Shown here in pieces: positions 44,958 through 54,279 of a stretch of 64,000 nucleotides of DNA. The notes below the pieces were generated by a model. It searched no databases. It saw only the letters and a program-made list of their open reading frames with translations, and was not told where the DNA came from. The first letter of the stretch is position 1. Every line of letters starts with the position of its first letter. A program made the position numbers and the translations under genes. The stretch comes from Syntrophorhabdaceae bacterium (GTDB taxonomy: Bacteria > Desulfobacterota > Syntrophorhabdia > Syntrophorhabdales > Syntrophorhabdaceae): NCBI GenBank assembly GCA_963666485.2, contig CAXXUO010000001.1:896001-960000 (forward strand), written 5' to 3'.

Positions 44958-46103
44958 TCAAAAGGTTCTTCTGAGAAGCTCGCTTGCGATGACCGCCTTT
45001 TCGACCTCTTTCGACCCTTCATAGATCTCGATGATCTTGGCGTCACGGTAGAATCTCTGGATGTCGTACTCGGCGATGTAGCCGTATCCGCCATGGAGCT
45101 GGAGTGATTCGTTGGCGACATAGACCGCGGTCTCGCCGGCAAACCATTTTGCCATGGAGACAAGGGCCGGGTCGAGCCTGCCGTTATCGAGCAGGTACGC
45201 GGCGCGCCAGTACAGGGCCCTTGCCGCCTCGATGCGCGTCGCCATCTCGGCTATCTTGAACTGGACCCCCTGGAGCTTCGATAGGGTCCCGCCGAACGCC
45301 TTCCTTTTCTTAACATGCGATATTGCCATCTCGAGGGCGCCCTGCGCGACGCCGACGCCCTGCGCCGCAACGTGATTGCGCGTCATGTTGAAGAAATCCA
45401 TGAGCTGATAGAACCCGCGGCCTTCCTGTCCGATAAGGTTTTCGACAGGGACTTCGACATCGGCAAACGAGATCTCCGCAGTGTTCGACGCCCGTATGCC
45501 CATCTTGCCATGTATCTTCGTGGCGGCGAACCCGGCCGTCGCCGTGTCGAGAAGGATGATGCTGCACCGTTTATGGATATCCTTGACCTCGGGGTTTGTG
45601 ACGGCATAGACGAGGAGGTACTTCGCGGTGCACCCGTTGGTGATAAACATCTTGGAACCGTTGATCACGTAGCGGTCCCCCTTCTTCTCGGCACGGGTCT
45701 TCACGAGCGTCACGTCGCTGCCCGCGTCGGGCTCGGTTATCGCCGTCCCGATCAGTGCTTCGCCGGAGATTATCTTCGGCAGGTAGAGATTCTTCTGTTC
45801 CTCGGTGCCGAATGCCTGTATCATCTCGGTGCCGAAACTGGCGGAGCAGATGTTCTGGCCGCAGCCGGGATCGACCCTCCACATTTGCTCGGTAATAAGC
45901 GAGTGTTCGAGGAAACCAAGGCCGGCGCCGCCATATTCTTCTTTAATGAAGACACCGATGAAGCCGTTCTCGGCGGCCCTTTTTACAATGGACGGGTCGA
46001 ATTCCTCTTTCTCGTCAAATTCCTTCGCCCTGTCCGTGAACTCTTTCTCGGCAAATTCGCGTGCGGCATTTACAATATCCCTCTGTTCCGCTGTCAATTC
46101 CAT
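44958..46103 (-). CDS. Acyl-CoA dehydrogenase (copy 1)
   Basis: Same motifs as 41251-42393; clearly paralogous. Confidence 0.96.
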   Translation of the reverse strand: MELTAEQRDIVNAAREFAEKEFTDRAKEFDEKEEFDPSIVKRAAENGFIGVFIKEEYGGAGLGFLEHSLITEQMWRVDPGCGQNICSASFGTEMIQAFGTEEQKNLYLPKIISGEALIGTAITEPDAGSDVTLVKTRAEKKGDRYVINGSKMFITNGCTAKYLLVYAVTNPEVKDIHKRCSIILLDTATAGFAATKIHGKMGIRASNTAEISFADVEVPVENLIGQEGRGFYQLMDFFNMTRNHVAAQGVGVAQGALEMAISHVKKRKAFGGTLSKLQGVQFKIAEMATRIEAARALYWRAAYLLDNGRLDPALVSMAKWFAGETAVYVANESLQLHGGYGYIAEYDIQRFYRDAKIIEIYEGSKEVEKAVIASELLRRTF

Positions 46104-46148
46104 GCTGGCATCCCTCCAGGCTGTATTTGGACTGAATCTTCCTTCGGG

Positions 46149-47729
46149 TCACGCCGACCCGAACTGTTTTCTGAGCTCCGGTTTCGATATCTTGCCGGCC
46201 GGGTTCCGGGGCATCTCGGCGATGAAATGGACGATCTTCGGCACCTTGTACCCGGCTATCTTGCCCTTGCAATACTGGATGAGGCCTGCGGCGTCGAGTT
46301 CGGCCCCGTCATTCAGCACAACTATAGCGGCGATCGCCTCGCCCCACACGGGATGCGGGACACCTATCGCCGACGACTCGCGCACGGCCGGGTGCTCGTT
46401 CACGACCTTTTCGATCTCCGCGGGATAGACGTTCTCGCCGCCCGTGATGATCATGTCCTTCTTGCGGTCGATAATATAGACGAACCCCTTCGCATCGATA
46501 TGGCAGATATCTTCGGTGTAGAACCACCCGTTCCGGAAAGACTTCCGTGTCTGCTCCTCTTTGCGCCAGTAGCCGGCGGATGTGCCGAGCCCCCGCACCT
46601 TCATCTCGCCTTCACCGGGGGGCGTGACGGGGTTGTCATTGTCGTCGACGATCCGGACCTCGCAGTCATATGCGTCCCTGCCGCACGACTCGAGTACCCT
46701 GAGGTTGTCATCGGTCAGTTCCCGTGCGATGTCTGCCGCCGAGAGGTTGGCCGTCACCCCGGTCGTTTCCGTCGTGCCGTGGTGCTCGCCGAGGATGCAC
46801 CCGAACGTGTCGATGAACTGCTTGTAGACGGTCGGGATGATCCCCGCCCCCGCGAACCAGAGCTTGTTCATGCTCGACACGTCGTACCGGTCTTTCAGTG
46901 ACGGCCATACATCGAGCAGCATGCGCACCATAGGCGTCGCAAGCATTCCCGCAACGATCCTGTCCTCATGCGCCGCCTTGAACAGGCCCTCAGGGTCGAA
47001 CTTCTGGAAGAGCACGCTCGATGCCCCCCTGTAGAAGGGACCAAAAAATGACGTCGATGCCGTGACGTGATACATCGGGCATATGGTGAAGCCGATATCG
47101 TCCGTTTCGACACGGTTATTGAATGCGCAGGTACGGCCGCAGTGGTACATATTGAGATGGGTCTGCATCACGCCTTTCGGTGCGCCGGTCGTCCCGCTCG
47201 TGTACATGAGCTGCGCAAGGTTATCATCAAAAACCGGCTCTTTCCAGCCATCCGGCCCGGCACCCCGTATCAATTCCTCGTACGCGTGCCAGCCTTCCGG
47301 TTTTTTCGACGCGGGCCCGATATGGACCCATTCCCGGACAGAGGGTATGTCACCTTTTATCTCCTGTGCGGTAGCGACGTACTGGTCGTCGACGAACAGA
47401 ACGCAGGGCTCCGCATCGGACAGGACCCCTGCCATTTCCCTGCCTGCCAGGCGGAAATTAACAGGAACAAATATAAATCCCGCCGCGCTTACGGCCAATG
47501 TCAGCTCGATGTACTCGAAGCTGTTCTGGCTCATAATGCCGACCCTGTCGCCCTTTCTCGCACCGAGCGCGAAAAGCGCGCTGCCGATCTTGACGGCCCG
47601 CTCCTTGAGTTCGGCAAACGTGCAGTTCCTGCCCGTCTCAAATTCTTTCATCGCCATCTTTGCCGGATACAGCGCCGCATTGCGCTCGATAAGCGTCCTC
47701 ACCGTCTGGAATTCATTGTTCGATCCCAT
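46149..47729 (-). CDS. Acyl-CoA ligase, AMP-binding family (copy 1)
   Basis: YTSGTTGAPKG, HGTTE, DRKKDMIITGGENVYP. Confidence 0.95.
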   Translation of the reverse strand: MGSNNEFQTVRTLIERNAALYPAKMAMKEFETGRNCTFAELKERAVKIGSALFALGARKGDRVGIMSQNSFEYIELTLAVSAAGFIFVPVNFRLAGREMAGVLSDAEPCVLFVDDQYVATAQEIKGDIPSVREWVHIGPASKKPEGWHAYEELIRGAGPDGWKEPVFDDNLAQLMYTSGTTGAPKGVMQTHLNMYHCGRTCAFNNRVETDDIGFTICPMYHVTASTSFFGPFYRGASSVLFQKFDPEGLFKAAHEDRIVAGMLATPMVRMLLDVWPSLKDRYDVSSMNKLWFAGAGIIPTVYKQFIDTFGCILGEHHGTTETTGVTANLSAADIARELTDDNLRVLESCGRDAYDCEVRIVDDNDNPVTPPGEGEMKVRGLGTSAGYWRKEEQTRKSFRNGWFYTEDICHIDAKGFVYIIDRKKDMIITGGENVYPAEIEKVVNEHPAVRESSAIGVPHPVWGEAIAAIVVLNDGAELDAAGLIQYCKGKIAGYKVPKIVHFIAEMPRNPAGKISKPELRKQFGSA

Positions 47730-47755
47730 TGTAAAAGTTCCTCCTTGATAAAAAA

Positions 47756-47871
47756 CGTAAGGCGTAAGGCGTTAAAAATTAGATAAGAATTGCTGAGTTC
47801 GCATCTCGAGACCGAAAGCCGGAAGTCGTGGAGTTTTTTTGCTTTTACCCCTTACGCCTCACGCCTTACGG
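47756..47871. repeat. Dispersed ~120-bp heptamer-ended element, copy 2
   Basis: Matches 9750-9872; lies between dctM and the ligase RBS. Confidence 0.85.
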
Positions 47872-47878
47872 TCTTTTC

Positions 47879-49180
47879 TCATTTCATGAATACCCCCGGC
47901 AGATACAGCGTCAGCTGGGGGAAGATGAACAGAAGAATGACGCACAGTATGAGCGATATGAGAAACGGATAGACGCCCTGGTAGATGATGTTCATCGGGA
48001 CCTTCGTGATGTTCTTTACGACGAACACGCACATCGCGACCGGCGGGATGACGGAGCCCACGCAGACCGTGAGCGCTATCATGATGCATGCCCAGATCGG
48101 GTCGTACCCCATGCCGACTATTGCCGGATAGAATATCGGCGTCGCCAGGATCATGAAGGCGAGGTCGTCGATGAAAGAGCCGCCGATCAGGTAGATGATG
48201 AATATCAGGGACATGATGATGTGGCGGTTGAGCGGCAGGTTTATAACCCACTGTGCGACCTCGTTCGGAATGTTCGTGACCGCGATGAAGTGGCCGAGAA
48301 CGGTCGACGAGGCCACGATCACAAGGACCATGCACGAGGTCCTCAGCGCTTCCGTAATTGACTTGCGAATGCCGCTGAACCCGATGTCGCGCTTCACGAT
48401 GCACAGAACGAGTACGGCAAAGGTACCGATCGACCCGGCCTCGGTCGGGGTGAAGAAGCCTTTCATCAGCCCCCCGATGATGATGAGGAAGATGATGAGC
48501 GGCCACATCACGTCGGGAAGGGTCTTGATACGGACGGGCCACGTGTACTTCTCGCTCTTCGGCCCGATCGTCGGGTTTATCCGTGCCCAGCCGAATATGA
48601 CAAGGGCAAAGAAGAACGATATCATGAGGCCCGGGATCAGTCCCGCCATGAAAAGCTTCCCGATCGACTGCTGCGTGATGAGCCCGAGAAGGATAAGGGT
48701 GACGCTTGGCGGGATAAGAACGCCCAGCGTGCCCACCGTCGCCACGATCCCGGTCGAAAGTTTCTTGCTGTAATTGTACCTGTCCATCTCGGGGACGGCA
48801 ACGCTTGCGAACGTCGCGCTCGTCGCGACGATGGAACCGCACAGGGCCTTGAACACCGTTGCCCCGGCGACGGTCGCCATGGCGAGGCCCCCGGGGATAT
48901 GGCCCAGGAATTTGTGCGCGCTGTCGTAGAGGCGCTTTGCGATGCCTGCGTTGAAGGCTATCTGCCCCATCAGCACGAAGAGCGGAACGACCGTGAGACC
49001 ATACGACTCCAGTGAATCGTAAAAGTCGTTCGCGAGCATGGCAAGCGCCTGCCCGGGCCCGACCACGTAAGCATAACCGGCGACGCCCATAATTGCCATG
49101 GCAAAGGCAAGCTCGAGCCCGGTAAGGAAAAGCCCCATAAGAATGATGACCGCTACGATCCCGACAGTTATTTCATCCAT
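47879..49180 (-). CDS. dctM: TRAP transporter large permease
   Basis: VPLFVLMG, PGGLAMAT, GTLGVLIPPS, FTPTEAG, IPPV. Confidence 0.94.
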   Translation of the reverse strand: MDEITVGIVAVIILMGLFLTGLELAFAMAIMGVAGYAYVVGPGQALAMLANDFYDSLESYGLTVVPLFVLMGQIAFNAGIAKRLYDSAHKFLGHIPGGLAMATVAGATVFKALCGSIVATSATFASVAVPEMDRYNYSKKLSTGIVATVGTLGVLIPPSVTLILLGLITQQSIGKLFMAGLIPGLMISFFFALVIFGWARINPTIGPKSEKYTWPVRIKTLPDVMWPLIIFLIIIGGLMKGFFTPTEAGSIGTFAVLVLCIVKRDIGFSGIRKSITEALRTSCMVLVIVASSTVLGHFIAVTNIPNEVAQWVINLPLNRHIIMSLIFIIYLIGGSFIDDLAFMILATPIFYPAIVGMGYDPIWACIMIALTVCVGSVIPPVAMCVFVVKNITKVPMNIIYQGVYPFLISLILCVILLFIFPQLTLYLPGVFMK

Positions 49181-49661
49181 TGTTGTCACCACTCTTGAAT
49201 AAGATAGCGATATTGAGCAGAAGCACCAGCGCCTGCACGAACGCGCAGAATGCCAACCCGTACGCTACGGGGTAATACGGCATCTGGAGCGTCAGGGACA
49301 CGTCCCCGCTCCTGTAAAGGTGGTTCGCCTTCATGAACAGGTACCAGCCGAGCAGAACGAACAGGATTATACCCATGAGCCGATTGAAGCACCCGAAGGC
49401 TATCTTTACCGCGCGCGACCTGTTCTCGATCAGGAAATCGACAAATATATGGGCGTTGTCCCACGATGTCTGCGGGATGGCAAACCCGATGACCACGGCC
49501 CCGGCCATGGCGACAAGCTCATACGTCCCGGTGATGGGTTTCCAGAATATCCTCAGGCCCACGTCAACCACGGTGAGCATCATCATGAGGAACAATACGA
49601 TGCCCGCGAGCCCATTCATCCAGCCTGAGAATTTCTTGATCCCCCCGATAATGCCGTCCAT
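49173..49661 (-). CDS. dctQ: TRAP transporter small permease
   Basis: Four TM helices; DVGLR..KPI.G.YEL and HIFVD. Confidence 0.92.
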   Translation of the reverse strand: MDGIIGGIKKFSGWMNGLAGIVLFLMMMLTVVDVGLRIFWKPITGTYELVAMAGAVVIGFAIPQTSWDNAHIFVDFLIENRSRAVKIAFGCFNRLMGIILFVLLGWYLFMKANHLYRSGDVSLTLQMPYYPVAYGLAFCAFVQALVLLLNIAILFKSGDNNG

Positions 49662-49680
49662 GTGACCCTCCTTTGGGAGC

Positions 49681-49713
49681 CGCTGCCGGGGAACAGGAAG
49701 AACCCCGGCAGCG
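49681..49713. other. Intergenic stem-loop after dctP
   Basis: CGCTGCCGGGG...CCCCGGCAGCG. Confidence 0.6.
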
Positions 49714-49726
49714 TATTATATGGGGG

Positions 49727-50740
49727 CTATTTCGTGTTCTTTTTGATGTAGTCCCGGACGAATTTCAGGGCCTTGTCGCCGGGGAGGTTCTTCTCTTTGG
49801 CTTTCTTGACGTATTCACTGAACAGGGGCTCGATCTTCGCCACCCATTTCGCGTTCTCTTCCGCGGAAAGCTTGATCACCTGGTTTCCCCTCTTTACGGA
49901 GAACTCTTTGCCGTCCTGGTCCATCTTGTCCCAGAGCTTGCCCTGTTTTTCGATGAATTCCTGGTTGATCTCTTCGATTATCTTCTGGGCATCGGGAGGG
50001 ATGCTGTTCCATTTTGCCTTGTTCATTGCGATAACGAACGTGGCTGTATAAGCCGTCCCGTAGTTCTCGGTCGTGGACTTGATGACCTCTCCCAGCTTCC
50101 AGCCCTTCAATGCTTCATATCCGCAAAGGAGGCCGTCAGCCACGCCTTTCGACAGGGCATCGTACGCATCGCCCATCGGCATGGCCACAGGTGCGGCGCC
50201 GAGTATCGACATCATCTTCGCGTTTGAACCGAACGTCCTTATCTTCATGCCTTTCAGGTCTTCGAGGTTCTTGACCGGCTTTCTCGTGTGGAGGATGCCC
50301 GGGCCCTGAGCGTGAAAGAACATGACCTTGACATCGTCGAATTCTTTCGGCTTGAACTGTTTGTAAAATTCGTTCGCGAGCCTCGTCGCCACGATCCCGC
50401 TCGGATAGCCGAGAGGGTAGTCGAGTATCTCGGAAAGCGGGAACTTGCCCATCGTGTACCCGAGCACGCAGTTGCCGACATCGACAACACCCGAGAGTAT
50501 GCTGTCATACGTCTGCTGCGGCGAGGTCAGTGTCGCACCGGGGAAGTGCTGGACCTTTACCTTGCCGTGCGTCCTCTTTTCAACTTCCTTGCACCAATCC
50601 GCCGTGAGCTGGGCGTTGGGATGACTGACGGGGAAGAACGTCGAGAAGCGAAGTTTTACCTGCGCATTTGCGGGAACCGACACGAGGCAAAATGCTGCGA
50701 CCAGACAGATTACAAGCACACCGACCAGAAACCGTTTCAT
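49727..50740 (-). CDS. dctP: TRAP substrate-binding protein
   Basis: Signal peptide ending ANA; EDLKGMKIR and LGAAPVAMPMGDAYDAL.KGV.DG. Confidence 0.94.
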   Translation of the reverse strand: MKRFLVGVLVICLVAAFCLVSVPANAQVKLRFSTFFPVSHPNAQLTADWCKEVEKRTHGKVKVQHFPGATLTSPQQTYDSILSGVVDVGNCVLGYTMGKFPLSEILDYPLGYPSGIVATRLANEFYKQFKPKEFDDVKVMFFHAQGPGILHTRKPVKNLEDLKGMKIRTFGSNAKMMSILGAAPVAMPMGDAYDALSKGVADGLLCGYEALKGWKLGEVIKSTTENYGTAYTATFVIAMNKAKWNSIPPDAQKIIEEINQEFIEKQGKLWDKMDQDGKEFSVKRGNQVIKLSAEENAKWVAKIEPLFSEYVKKAKEKNLPGDKALKFVRDYIKKNTK

Positions 50741-50777
50741 GCAAACCCCCTTGAATATTTTTTATGTGAACCAAAAA

Positions 50778-50793
50778 AGCAATTTTAATGCCA
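50778..50793 (-). promoter_or_regulatory. Sigma54 -24/-12 promoter of dctPQM-ligase-ACAD
   Basis: Minus strand TGGCAT-TAAAA-TTGCT. Confidence 0.85.
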
Positions 50794-50855
50794 TTTGCGT
50801 TCAGCTATATAATGCCCTCTAATTCAAGGTGCTATCCGGCATTCACTGTACGGGT

Positions 50856-50893
50856 TGTGCATAAATGATACACGGGTGTGCAAAAAAAGACCA
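50856..50893. promoter_or_regulatory. Candidate tandem enhancer (UAS)
   Basis: TGTGCATAAATGATACA (TGT-N11-ACA) and TGTGCAAAAAAAGACCA, 21 bp apart. Confidence 0.55.
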
Positions 50894-50913
50894 ATCAAAA
50901 AAACTACCACCCC

Positions 50914-51063
50914 CGTCATCCCGGTGCTTGACACCGGGATCCAGTGTCTTTGTCTTTGCTTTTCCATCTCAGGTTTGTGCAACCCCTGTTTCTGCACCAT
51001 TTAGATCAGACAATCAAGGAAGAAAAAAAACCTTGGATCCCGGTGTCAAGCACCGGGATGACG
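50914..51063. repeat. Inverted pair of 30-bp REP-like palindromes
   Basis: CGTCATCCCGGTGCTTGACACCGGGATCCA (50914-50943) and its exact reverse complement (51034-51063). Confidence 0.9.
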
Positions 51064-51161
51064 CATTGGCACAGTTTGCGATATGGTTGCTTATTTACAT
51101 GAACCGGTAAAACTGCACAGACATTTTTCAGATGGGTCTCGGATGTGGTTGGCCGTACTGT

Positions 51162-52520
51162 TTATTCTTTATTGCTGTTCCCTGTCGTTTTGAGATAGAG
51201 TTTGCGCCGCGAGATCCCGAGCATTCTGGCCGCCTTGCTTTTATTGCCCTTTGCAAGGGTGAGGACCCGCTCGATATGCTCCTGTTCTATGCGCTGCAAG
51301 GTGAGTTCATCGGCCGAAAGGCTGAGCCCGTCGAGGTCCCTCTCCGGCATCCTGTCCTCCATCATGCCCCGGGGCATGTCTTCCGACAGGATCGTATCGC
51401 GGGCCGCGGACAAAAGGACCGCGCGCTCCATGACGTTCGCAAGCTCGCGGACGTTGCCGGGCCAGCGATAGCTTTTCAGGACATCCATGACCTCCCGGGA
51501 CAGGAGCTTTTTTGCGGCCCCCCGCGAGAATTTTCCGAGAAAATAATCGGCCAGAAGCGGGATGTCATCCCTGCGCTCCCGAAGCGGGGGGAGGGTTATA
51601 ATAAAAGTGTTGAGGCGAAAGAAAAGGTCCTTGCGGAATCTCTTCTCCTTCACCTCGTTTTCGAGCGATTTGTTCGTTGCAAATATGAACCTGACGTCAA
51701 CCTTCGATTCGCGGGTATCACCTAAGCGCCGGAATATGCCCGTCTCGAGCGTCCGCAAGAATTTTGCCTGTATCGCCATGCCCATGTCACCGATCTCGTC
51801 GATGAAGAATGTCCCTTTGTCCGCCAGCTCGAGAAGGCCGATCTTGTCGGATTGCGCCCCGGTGAAGGCCCCCTTCTTATAGCCGAAGAGCTCGCTTTCG
51901 AGAAGTGATTCCTGGAGTGCGCTCGAATTGACCGCAACGAACTGATTCGCCGAGCGGGGGCTCATGGCGTGGATCGCCCGGGCGACAAGCTCCTTGCCCG
52001 TCCCCGTCTCCCCCAGGACGAGGACCGGCACGTCCGACGGCGCAACGAGCCGGATAAGCCTTCTGACCTCGTCCACCGGTTCACTGGAACCGACAAAGGA
52101 ATCGTGCGTCTCGACCCTCTGGAGCTGCTGCTCGAGAACGATGGTGCGTTCCTTGAGGGATTTCTTCTCATACGCTTTTTGGATAACGTTGGAAAGTTCC
52201 GTCAATTTACAGGGCTTGCTGAGGTAATCGTAGGCGCCGAGCTTCATCGACTGGATCGCCGTATCCACGGAGGCATGGCCTGTGAGCATGATGATCTCGA
52301 GGTTGGGCTCGTTCTTTTTTATGGATTTCAGGAGCTCTACGCCGTCCATATCCGGGAGCCTTATATCGAGGACGCATACGTCGAATGTATGCTTCTTCAT
52401 GATGGTCAATGCTTCCCGGGCTGTAAACGCGGACGTCACAGAGAGCCCGTCGCGCGAGAGCTTTTTCCTGAAAGCCTCGACGAGCTGTTCCTCGTCATCA
52501 ATGATCAGGACGCGGACCAC
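51162..52520 (-). CDS. Sigma54-dependent response regulator, paralog of 34760-36109
   Basis: Receiver domain, GETGTGKE, GAFTGA, WPGNVREL, HTH. Confidence 0.96.
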   Translation of the reverse strand: MVRVLIIDDEEQLVEAFRKKLSRDGLSVTSAFTAREALTIMKKHTFDVCVLDIRLPDMDGVELLKSIKKNEPNLEIIMLTGHASVDTAIQSMKLGAYDYLSKPCKLTELSNVIQKAYEKKSLKERTIVLEQQLQRVETHDSFVGSSEPVDEVRRLIRLVAPSDVPVLVLGETGTGKELVARAIHAMSPRSANQFVAVNSSALQESLLESELFGYKKGAFTGAQSDKIGLLELADKGTFFIDEIGDMGMAIQAKFLRTLETGIFRRLGDTRESKVDVRFIFATNKSLENEVKEKRFRKDLFFRLNTFIITLPPLRERRDDIPLLADYFLGKFSRGAAKKLLSREVMDVLKSYRWPGNVRELANVMERAVLLSAARDTILSEDMPRGMMEDRMPERDLDGLSLSADELTLQRIEQEHIERVLTLAKGNKSKAARMLGISRRKLYLKTTGNSNKE

Positions 52521-54035
52521 TTATGCTCCTTTCACCTGCCTGGTATAACGGGGCAGCACGACCTTGAACGTACACCCTCCGCCGAAGCGCGGGCCGACCT
52601 CGATCGAGCCTCCCATCCTCTGAAGGAAATCATAGCACAGCGTCAAGCCCAGGCCGGTACCTTTTTTTATTCCCTTGGTCGTAAAAAAAGGCTCGAAGAT
52701 AAGGCTGCGGATATTTTCAGGGATCCCCGGGCCGTTGTCCTCGATCGTGACCTCCAGGGCATTGCCGGATGCCTCCCGTGCCTTGATCCAGACCGAAGCA
52801 TCGGCTGTCCCTTCCACCGCGTCCACGGCATTCATGACGATATTCAGGAAGACCTGGCGCATCGCATCGAAATCGCCCCTGACCTTGGGCAGGTGTACCG
52901 GGACGTCCTCTATAAAACGGACGGGGAGCTTCTGAAAGTTTATGTGATCCAGTATCTCGTCAAGGAGCTCATTCACATCGATGCTCGTCTTCCCGAGCTC
53001 CTTTTTCCGCGTAACATCGAGAAGGGCCTTGATCGTTCGCGTGCAGCGGAAGGCCTGTTCCTCGATGGTCCTGAGGTGCTCTTTGAACTCCTCGATGTCC
53101 CGCTTCGTGAGCTCTGCTCCCTCCAGGTTTTCAAGGGAATCGAGGGCAAGCTCCGCATTGGCTGTTATCGTCGCCAGCGGATTGTTGAGCTCGTGTGCTA
53201 TCCCCGTCGTCAATCGCCCCACAATGGACATCTTGGCTTCCTGCATAAGCTGTTCGTTTGCTTTTACGCGGTCCGTGGTCTCCTCGATGATGCACAGGAG
53301 CCTTTCCACCTTGCCGTCCTTGTCCTTGATAGGAACGCCTTTGAAATAGATATATTGCGGGACGCCCCAGTAATTGATGAACGGGAAGTCCCACAGCTGG
53401 AACGGCCTGCCCTTGAGCCCGTCCTTTATATGCTGCGCCATGCCGCACTTCTTGGTAAACGGGTTCTTTATCCAGTTGAAACCGATCAGCTTCTCCTTTG
53501 CCCTGGCCACGGTATCGAACCCGGCAAGGGTCGCGAGCGCCGGATTGACGCTCGAGAATTCGCCCTTCTTATTAATGGTAAAGATGGCGACCGGCGCGTT
53601 CTCGATGATCTCGTAATTGAATTCACCAAGTTCCTTCAGGTCCTCCTCGGTCCTGCGGAAGGCTGTCACATCCCGTATCACCTCGATGACCCCTTCGGAG
53701 CTGCGCCCGCCGGGTTCGCGTACGGGTGACGCCGTGAGCATATAGTATTCTGCGTCGAAACGGTCATTGCCCACCTTGATCTCGAGCTGCTCCGTCTTCC
53801 CCGTTGCATACGCGCGCACGACGGGGCAATTCGGGCAGGGCCTGCGCCTTCTCATAATGGCCGCATAGCAGTGCTTGCCCCTTAAGTCTTCCGCCTCCCT
53901 GCCTCCTGACCAGCGGCGGCTGACGGAGCCTACCCATTCGATCGTGAGGTCGCGGCCTATCATGAACGAGCCTCCGCACAAAAGGCGCATGACCGACGTA
54001 AGTGTACGCGAGCTCTTATCCTGGTCTATGGTCAT
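52521..54035 (-). CDS. PAS histidine kinase, paralog of 32833-34755 (start uncertain)
   Basis: GKHCY...PCPNCPV PAS, a second PAS with the shared GFNW...PFQLWDFPF segment, AHELNNPL, DNGPGI, GTGLGL. Confidence 0.9.
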   Translation of the reverse strand: MTIDQDKSSRTLTSVMRLLCGGSFMIGRDLTIEWVGSVSRRWSGGREAEDLRGKHCYAAIMRRRRPCPNCPVVRAYATGKTEQLEIKVGNDRFDAEYYMLTASPVREPGGRSSEGVIEVIRDVTAFRRTEEDLKELGEFNYEIIENAPVAIFTINKKGEFSSVNPALATLAGFDTVARAKEKLIGFNWIKNPFTKKCGMAQHIKDGLKGRPFQLWDFPFINYWGVPQYIYFKGVPIKDKDGKVERLLCIIEETTDRVKANEQLMQEAKMSIVGRLTTGIAHELNNPLATITANAELALDSLENLEGAELTKRDIEEFKEHLRTIEEQAFRCTRTIKALLDVTRKKELGKTSIDVNELLDEILDHINFQKLPVRFIEDVPVHLPKVRGDFDAMRQVFLNIVMNAVDAVEGTADASVWIKAREASGNALEVTIEDNGPGIPENIRSLIFEPFFTTKGIKKGTGLGLTLCYDFLQRMGGSIEVGPRFGGGCTFKVVLPRYTRQVKGA

Positions 54036-54048
54036 GACAAAATAGGAT

Positions 54049-54064
54049 AGCAAATATAGTGCCA
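54049..54064 (-). promoter_or_regulatory. Sigma54 -24/-12 promoter of the kinase/regulator pair
   Basis: Minus strand TGGCAC-TATAT-TTGCT, a perfect consensus match. Confidence 0.8.
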
Positions 54065-54279
54065 CGAGAAAAGGTGCGGCACTTTGACGATATTTCTGTC
54101 GTGAAATACGGAAGTTTGCCGGGGAGGCGTTGCGAATCGTCTTTCCGCTTGACTTTATATGAACATCCAAATATTATCTAAACAAAAATGTCTGTTTTGT
54201 TTCATATGTTACTGTAAACAGGCAAATGATCGGTTTTTATCAGGTAGTTTATCGGGTGGGTTTATGGGGTAGACTCCGG

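Noticed and set aside
45315..46901. 528-aa + strand ORF
   Set aside because: Antisense shadow of the ACAD and ligase genes with no recognisable motifs; typical of GC-rich codon bias.
51969..53729. 586-aa + strand ORF
   Set aside because: Antisense shadow of the kinase/regulator pair.
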